Assembly: GCA_022447545.1 (NCBI GenBank)
Contig: JAKVBI010000013.1
Span: 73,747-137,746 of the forward strand
DNA length: 64,000 bases
Source: Myxococcota bacterium
GTDB taxonomy: Bacteria > Myxococcota_A > UBA9160 > SMWR01
Direction: 5' to 3'
Shown: in pieces, positions 58,483 to 64,000 of the stretch
How positions within the stretch are numbered: the stretch's first letter is position 1
Layout of the letters: the number at the start of each line of letters is the position of its first letter
The notes under the pieces: generated by a model
What the model saw: the letters and a program-made list of their open reading frames with translations, nothing else
Told to the model about the DNA's origin: nothing
The model's database searches: none
Made by a program: the position numbers and the translations under genes

Positions 58483-59367
58483 ATGAACTCACTCCAGGAA
58501 TATCCTCGTGTTTCGACGAGGACTCCGTTGAATCGGGCTAAGTGCGGGCTCAGCAGGGTCGTTGCAGAAGATTTCAAGGGCGTTTGGGTAGGTCTCCTTG
58601 CGCTCTTCGTTCTGTTCCTGGGCATTGAACGCCCTGCCATCGCCTATTCGACCCTGACAGGCAATGGAAATCATCTGGTTGCCCCCCCGCCACCGAGCTA
58701 CACCGATCCGTTCTACGACAACAACACCTGGGTCAGTTCTCGGATCGCCGACCCCAACACCCCAGGAGCCCTGATCTTCGGTCCGATCCCGGCGGGAATG
58801 GTGCTGAAGCAAGAATGGCAGGGAAACTTCACGCACCCTGTCGGTCCAGGCATCGGCAATACGGTATCAGGAAACAACACGTTCAACTTTGCGGGTCTCA
58901 ATGGAGATCCCGGGAGTCCGGGCACCCTGGCCACCCATTCACTGCTTTCGATCGGCGATCTCGATCATGGATCTGGCTTCGAATCGCTCCGGCTCACCGC
59001 TCGCGATGCGGGGGCGAACGCCATCACCACGCCATGGTTGTCCACGATGATCTCGGCATCGGGCGGAGGATCGACGAGTGCTATGAGCTATGCCGGGTGG
59101 AATTGGGATGGCTCCTCCTACCTGCTCGATTCGGCCTTCGTTCCCCCGTCACCCAACCCAACCATCGTCATGCGTTTCACCACGCTCGGACCGATTCATG
59201 CGTTGGATGTGGAAAAGAATCACGTCAACTATTCGGTTTCGTTCGGTGCTCAGATCGAGCCCATCCCCGAGCCATCAACGGCGTTGCTCATGGGAATGGG
59301 CCTCGTGGGGATCGCCGGTGTGAGGAAACGAGGGTTACGTGACGCGGGCTGGCGGGCAGATCGTTGA
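58483..59367 (+). CDS. PEP-CTERM-anchored secreted protein
   Basis: C-terminus IEPIPEPSTALLMGMGLVGIAGVRKRGLR. ATG at 58483 follows GAAGAGGG. Internal hydrophobic signal WVGLLALFVLFLG. Confidence 0.7.
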   Translation: MNSLQEYPRVSTRTPLNRAKCGLSRVVAEDFKGVWVGLLALFVLFLGIERPAIAYSTLTGNGNHLVAPPPPSYTDPFYDNNTWVSSRIADPNTPGALIFGPIPAGMVLKQEWQGNFTHPVGPGIGNTVSGNNTFNFAGLNGDPGSPGTLATHSLLSIGDLDHGSGFESLRLTARDAGANAITTPWLSTMISASGGGSTSAMSYAGWNWDGSSYLLDSAFVPPSPNPTIVMRFTTLGPIHALDVEKNHVNYSVSFGAQIEPIPEPSTALLMGMGLVGIAGVRKRGLRDAGWRADR

Positions 59368-59608
59368 GCACTTGATGTTTCCCAGACCGGCGGTGTCCTC
59401 GCTTTTCACTGCTCAGGACAGGGTTGCCCCCGTCGTCAGGGGCTTCACCCGCCCCCGGAAGGTTCCAGACTTCATCGGGAACCGGCGTGGAAACTCGACC
59501 AGGGGTCCGGGGAACCGGAAGCTGGTACCTTGGGAGTCCAAAGCTTCCCACGGTCGTTAGGAAGGTCCTTCCATTCCTGCTGGGAAGACAAACCCCTGGG
59601 ATGATCAG

Positions 59609-60010
59609 TTGAAAGCCGCAAAGCTCGTTGCGATCTTGTTCGTGGCGTACGTTGGAATCGTCGTCATTTTCGAGTCATTGATCGGATATCTCCAACCTGC
59701 ATCCGAATCGACCCTCGTCATCACCACCACCGACGACGACGGAACGCGTAGCGAACGAGTCGTGTCGCGTCTCGAGAGCCAGGGAAAACTCTACGTCGCT
59801 GCGAATCACTGGCCGAGAGCTTGGTATAACCGGGCATTGGAGAACCCCAACGTTCTGATCACGATGGACGGTGAGAAGGCGAACTACGTTGCAGTACCCG
59901 TTAGCGGGCAAGAGCACGATCGGGTCGATGCTGAAAACAGCCTCGGAACGATGTTCCGTGTCATGACGGGTTTTCCGCCGCGTTACTTTGTTCGTCTCGA
60001 CCCACGCTAG
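59609..60010 (+). CDS. DUF385 / deazaflavin-dependent nitroreductase-like (split beta-barrel) protein with N-terminal TM anchor
   Basis: TTG start. TM AILFVAYVGIVVIF. LVITTTDDDGTRSERVVSRLESQGKLYVAANHWPRAWYNRALENPNV parallels the Ddn/FDOR-A pattern LLTTTGRKSG..R..PL......vvas.......P.WY.NL.anP.v. Confidence 0.55.
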   Translation: MKAAKLVAILFVAYVGIVVIFESLIGYLQPASESTLVITTTDDDGTRSERVVSRLESQGKLYVAANHWPRAWYNRALENPNVLITMDGEKANYVAVPVSGQEHDRVDAENSLGTMFRVMTGFPPRYFVRLDPR

Positions 60011-60221
60011 AGATCTCGTCAACCTGGCTTCCCAGGGGTGTTTTCCGGCGAACCGCCTTGTAATGCCAACGGGGTCTCCTCGACGGGTGCGAATCGCGGC
60101 GGCGAAAGGCAGAGAGTCCACGAGTCGAATCCAACGGCCTTCAGCCGGTGAAATCGCCGGTATGCCACCATCCTGCTACTCTGGCTCTCCCGAAAGTTCT
60201 TGGTCTGGGTAATCTGGATCC

Positions 60222-61949
60222 ATGCGGAAGTTGGTTCTTGCACTGCTGATCGCTCCTCTGTTGGCGACTGGTTTCTCCATCGCAGCGAGTGCACAGGACT
60301 CGAAGGAAACGGGTTCTGGACTGGTCCGAGTCTATTTTCCCGATCGGGAAATTCGGAACAAGGTTCTCATCTCATTCGAAGCTGCTCTGCTTCTGACGAA
60401 TGACGAAGAGGGGTATCATCTTCTCGAAGCCGACTCCGAGGACGTCGTGCGGCTGAAAGCTGCGGGTCTACGAGTCGACGCCGAGAAAGGGCCAGGTCCG
60501 CCGTCGCCTCGTCTTCCCGGTTTCCCCTGTTATGAAACCGTCGAGGAGACTCGCATCGAGGCCGAGGCCATCGTCGCGAGCGCTCCAGACATGGCCTCTC
60601 TCATCGATGTCGGTGATTCCTGGGAAAAAGACAATGGGTTGGGGGGCTATGACCTCCACGTCCTCAAACTGACGAATCAGTCGATTGGGGGAGCAAAGCC
60701 CAAACTCTTCATGACGTGCGGGTTGCACGCGCGGGAGTACACGACTTCACCCCTGTGCCTCGATTTTTCGAATCACCTCATCGATCGATACGGTGTCGAT
60801 GCGGATGTCACGTGGATCCTCGATCACCACGAAGTGCACCTGCTAATGCAAGCGAATCCCGACGGGCGCAAGCAGGCGGAAGCGGGCCTTTACTGGCGGA
60901 AGAATACGAATCAGAACTACTGCTCGCCGGGAAGTCAGAATCGTGGAGCTGACTTGAATCGGAACTTTCCCTTCGGCTGGGGTTGTTGCGGTGGGTCGAG
61001 TTCGAATCAATGCGCGAGCGACTATCGTGGATCGGCGCCCGAGTCCGAACCAGAAACGCAAGCCGTCGTCGGATACATGCGTTCCATCTTCCCCGATCAG
61101 CGGGGTAGTGCTGCCTCGGATGCTGCACCGGACGATGCGACGGGGGTTTACATCGACGTTCACTCCTATGGAGAACTCGTCCTCTGGCCCTGGGGTTATA
61201 CGGTGAACTCGGCACCCAATGGAGCTGCGCTTCAGACCCTGGGCCGCAAGTTGGCCCACGCGAATCAGTACTGGCCAGGGCAGGCGATTGGGCTCTATCC
61301 GACTTCCGGGGCCACCGATGATTTTGGCTACGGGGACCTCGGAATTGCATCCTATACATTCGAGCTGGGTACGACGTTCTTTCAGCAGTGCGACGTCTAT
61401 GAGGATACGATTCTTCCCGACAATTTGAATGCGTTGCTCTACGCCGCAAAAGTGTCGCGTACCCCTTACCAGACACCCAGCGGTCCCGATGTCACCCTGC
61501 TTTCACTCGAATCCGTTGCCGTCGCGCGAGGGGTACCCGTCGGACTTTCCGCAACTCTCGATGACACCCGTTTCAACAACGTGAATGGCCTGGAACCCGT
61601 CCAGGCGATCTCGGCGGCTGAGTACTATGTAGATATACCCCCTTGGAGCGCGGGCATCGGAATGCCGCTGTCCGCGGATGATGGCGCCTTCGACACGTCG
61701 GTGGAGGCGGTTCAAGGGACCCTCGGAACCGGAGAGTTGTCGGTTGGAAGGCACATCATTTTCGTTCGAGGGAGGGATGAGGCTGGAAGCTGGGGGGCTA
61801 CCAGTGCCGTTTTTCTTCAGGTGGATCCCCCCATCGGGGTGTGGGTTTCGCCGTGGTGGGGCCGTGTACTGTTCGTGTTCGCTGTGTTGGCTTTGGGGAT
61901 TGGTCGTCTGTCGAGTCCCGGATCATTGCTCGGGAAGACTCGCTTCTGA
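60222..61949 (+). CDS. M14-family zinc carboxypeptidase, secreted, with C-terminal hydrophobic tail
   Basis: Signal MRKLVLALLIAPLLATGFSIAASA. Zn ligands GLHAREY (HxxE) and DVHSYG. NRNF motif. Confidence 0.85.
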   Translation: MRKLVLALLIAPLLATGFSIAASAQDSKETGSGLVRVYFPDREIRNKVLISFEAALLLTNDEEGYHLLEADSEDVVRLKAAGLRVDAEKGPGPPSPRLPGFPCYETVEETRIEAEAIVASAPDMASLIDVGDSWEKDNGLGGYDLHVLKLTNQSIGGAKPKLFMTCGLHAREYTTSPLCLDFSNHLIDRYGVDADVTWILDHHEVHLLMQANPDGRKQAEAGLYWRKNTNQNYCSPGSQNRGADLNRNFPFGWGCCGGSSSNQCASDYRGSAPESEPETQAVVGYMRSIFPDQRGSAASDAAPDDATGVYIDVHSYGELVLWPWGYTVNSAPNGAALQTLGRKLAHANQYWPGQAIGLYPTSGATDDFGYGDLGIASYTFELGTTFFQQCDVYEDTILPDNLNALLYAAKVSRTPYQTPSGPDVTLLSLESVAVARGVPVGLSATLDDTRFNNVNGLEPVQAISAAEYYVDIPPWSAGIGMPLSADDGAFDTSVEAVQGTLGTGELSVGRHIIFVRGRDEAGSWGATSAVFLQVDPPIGVWVSPWWGRVLFVFAVLALGIGRLSSPGSLLGKTRF

Positions 61950-62081
61950 TGGAGTCATGAGCACAGCCGGGATGGATTCTGGACTGTGAGGTGTCCCCAG
62001 AGAAACGACCCTGAAAGTCCATCGCCTCGGATTGGTGGTGGTCTCGTTCTGCCACCCTTCGGCAATTGCTAGACTCCCATC

Positions 62082-62864
62082 ATGCTGCTTGGCGACGCCC
62101 TCGACATGGTGCTCGATGCGCCCTTGTCTGACTTCGCCCAAAACGGCTACGCGCGGCTCGGTCGAGTGCTCGCACCCGATGCCGCGAGGCGACTGGGTGA
62201 GCGCTCCGACGCTCTCATGCTGGGCGAAATCAAATACCCGGGGCTTTTCTATCAGCACGACTCTCCGACGGGTCGTTACGAAGACCTGGTCTTCGGTGAG
62301 GGGTGGGTTGGCCCCTCTCTTTCGTATCGAAAGATCGAAAAACTGGAACTCGATCCACTGTTTTCTTCATGGATCGAAAATGACTTGTTCGCTCGCATCG
62401 CTCGCTCGGTCTTGGGAAGCCACGTCACCCTTTATCGGGCGGTCCTGTGGAACAAGGCCCCGGAATCGGGAATGGACCTTCCCTGGCACCAGGATGACGG
62501 AGCGTTTTGGGGCATCGACCGAGCCCCCTGTCTTCAGATTTGGACCGCTCTCGATGATGCGCCGTCAGACGCCGGTTGTGTGGAGGTCGTTCCACGGAGC
62601 CACCTTCGTGGGCTCGCAAGTCCACTGGGTGGAACCGTGTGCACGGATCAACTCGAGGTCCCCGAGTCTTGTGCGGATCGAGTTTTGCTTCCCGTCGTCG
62701 CTGGTGAAGCGCTGTTGATCCACAATCATGTGTGGCATCGGTCAGGGAAAAACCACACTCGCTTCGCGAGACGTGCCATCGGAATCTCCTATCTCAGTGG
62801 TGATACGCGATGTCGGAGAAAGCGGTGTGCGCCGCGGGAATTCCGGCGCCTATTCGGTGATTGA
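62082..62864 (+). CDS. Phytanoyl-CoA dioxygenase (PhyH) family Fe(II)/2-oxoglutarate oxygenase
   Basis: LPWHQDDG (HxD) and HNHVWHRSGKN motifs. 260 aa. Confidence 0.8.
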   Translation: MLLGDALDMVLDAPLSDFAQNGYARLGRVLAPDAARRLGERSDALMLGEIKYPGLFYQHDSPTGRYEDLVFGEGWVGPSLSYRKIEKLELDPLFSSWIENDLFARIARSVLGSHVTLYRAVLWNKAPESGMDLPWHQDDGAFWGIDRAPCLQIWTALDDAPSDAGCVEVVPRSHLRGLASPLGGTVCTDQLEVPESCADRVLLPVVAGEALLIHNHVWHRSGKNHTRFARRAIGISYLSGDTRCRRKRCAPREFRRLFGD

Positions 62865-62993
62865 TTCTCCGAACGGTCACTGGTGACGCCGAGACCACTC
62901 GGGACGCGCGAGACCCGAGGGAGTTCGCGGGGTGTGCCGAATGACTTCTGGGTCGAAGTGCAGCGGGTTCCGTGGATCGGAGCCGAGGCTCGG

Positions 62994-63806
62994 CTAGCGG
63001 ACGTCGAGTTCGTATTGGTAGGAGACCCCATCCTCGGAAACGAGGTCGATCAGGTAGCTGTCGCGCTCGAAGCTGCCGGCGTCCACTTCCAGGAACCCTC
63101 CGGAATCGTGACCCGGGTCCCACGCAACGATGCCGCGGAAGACGGGATCTTCGCCCGGAAGTGAGATCTTTGCAGCGACTTCGCTACCTCGAAGCGTTGC
63201 CGGAAGTTCCAGGCGTAGCAGAACCACGTCGTCGTCTTCGAGTCCGTAGAGGGAAATCGAGCTGCGGTCGCTCGGGGCGATCTCGACCTGTGTGGTGAAT
63301 TCGCCCGGAACTCCGCGGAAGCGGAGTTCTGGAGTCGGATCGCTGAGACCCAGAGGGTCGAGTTGTAGGGTCAACCCGAGGGCCAGAACGAGGCCTGCAG
63401 CGATGGGCGCCCAGGTGGGCAGTGAACTGGGAGTGAGTGCACCGCGTAAGGTCTCCACTAGGCGAGCCACGGTCGATGTTTGAGGCTCTGGCACGAGCAT
63501 CAACGTTGCCCGGTAGGCGTCACCGCACGGCGCACAGTCGCGCAGGTGGGTGCGGAGGCTCGTGCGCTCGGCTTCGGGGAGTTTTCCAGGGTTTTGCGCC
63601 AGGCGCAGCAGCAGCGCATCGGTTGGATGCTGGATCGCCTCGACCTGTTCATTGCGAAGGCGTGCGAGAAGGCCGCGATGGAGGACGAGTTCACCCGCGC
63701 AGTCCGCGCAGGTGGCACTATGGGCTTCGAACTCGCTCAACTCCGCAGACCCGGGAGTCGCAAGCAGATCTTCGAGGTCGACTTCAAAGGCTCGGTTACA
63801 GTTCAT
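62994..63806 (-). CDS. Zinc-finger (zf-HC2/ZAS-type) anti-sigma factor, single-pass membrane protein
   Basis: ATG at 63806. HSATCADC and HLRDCAPC (H-x3-C-x2-C, twice). TM PTWAPIAAGLVLALGLTL. Lies downstream of a sigma factor gene. Confidence 0.7.
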   Translation of the reverse strand: MNCNRAFEVDLEDLLATPGSAELSEFEAHSATCADCAGELVLHRGLLARLRNEQVEAIQHPTDALLLRLAQNPGKLPEAERTSLRTHLRDCAPCGDAYRATLMLVPEPQTSTVARLVETLRGALTPSSLPTWAPIAAGLVLALGLTLQLDPLGLSDPTPELRFRGVPGEFTTQVEIAPSDRSSISLYGLEDDDVVLLRLELPATLRGSEVAAKISLPGEDPVFRGIVAWDPGHDSGGFLEVDAGSFERDSYLIDLVSEDGVSYQYELDVR

Positions 63807-63894
63807 CTGGAATCCGATGACGTGCAGCTTTTCGAGGCGCACGAGAAATGGTTTTCACCCCACGATACACAGTCGATCCGTCGGTTCATTCGGA

Positions 63895-64000
63895 TCACCC
63901 GGCCAGTGATTCGAGGCCGAGAATCTGGCGGGCCGTCACGATCCGCTCCGTCACCTCGTCCTCCCTGAGTGAGAGCCTTTTTGCCACCTGAGACGGTGTG
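63895..64000 (-). CDS. ECF-type sigma-70 factor, C-terminal end (gene starts beyond window)
   Basis: Not in ORF track. Own translation: ...TPSQVAKRLSLREDEVTERIVTARQILGLESLAG* (region 4 HTH pattern), stop at 63895-63897. Confidence 0.55.
   Translation of the reverse strand, partial: TPSQVAKRLSLREDEVTERIVTARQILGLESLAG

Noticed and set aside
60121-60170. tRNA-like cues: GAGTCGAATCC and a ...GCCACCA 3' end upstream of the M14 gene.
   Set aside because: There is no complementary 5' acceptor strand ~70 nt upstream. The T-loop is not TTCRANY and the putative T-stem gives an 8-nt loop. No cloverleaf can be drawn.
1-64000. Search by eye for CRISPR-like regular repeats, tandem repeats, IS termini, integrase/transposase genes, toxin-antitoxin pairs, and reverse transcriptase or nuclease/ATPase defence genes.
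   Set aside because: None was seen. Every ORF over 100 aa with a credible composition was assignable to a metabolic, transport or envelope family, or is listed as hypothetical. A manual scan cannot exclude short or degenerate repeats.

Overview
GC-rich bacterial chromosomal segment, probably from a diderm organism (three PEP-CTERM proteins, lipoboxes, one Tat signal). It is packed with about 55 protein genes and has short intergenic spacers. I found no rRNA, tRNA, CRISPR array, transposase, integrase, phage gene or recognisable defence system. About 0-38 kb is an unusually dense run of oxidoreductase, hydrolase and acyl-CoA genes. These include 2 epoxide-hydrolase-type enzymes, 5 SDRs, an esterase, an amidase, a penicillin-acylase-family Ntn hydrolase, a P450, a BVMO, 2 luciferase-like (probably F420-type) oxidoreductases, 2 adjacent acyl-CoA dehydrogenases, a tandem-fused family III CoA-transferase, a crotonase, an AKR and a Zn-ADH. 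About 38-64 kb is more envelope-oriented: PEP-CTERM proteins, a BON lipoprotein followed by oadGAB (Na+-decarboxylase type), a DUF3604 protein, a stand-alone molybdopterin oxidoreductase, GT4, a Tat beta-carbonic anhydrase, NPP, an AI-2E transporter, a Sel1-repeat protein, an M14 carboxypeptidase and an ECF sigma/anti-sigma pair. Many track ORFs over-extend at the 5' end, so I re-called starts using Shine-Dalgarno-like motifs. The long Arg/Pro-rich ORFs antisense to real genes are GC artefacts. Best candidates for something undescribed: (1) a CysH-like APS/PAPS reductase that keeps its Fe-S ligands, lacks the catalytic ECGLH cysteine and carries an N-terminal CxxC domain; (2) the fused CoA-transferase, whose second module has Gly at the catalytic Asp position; (3) its 10-gene divergon organised around a large inverted repeat; (4) a P450-DegT aminotransferase-SDR-LLM operon. 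All functional calls rest on by-eye motif recognition and need database or structure confirmation.
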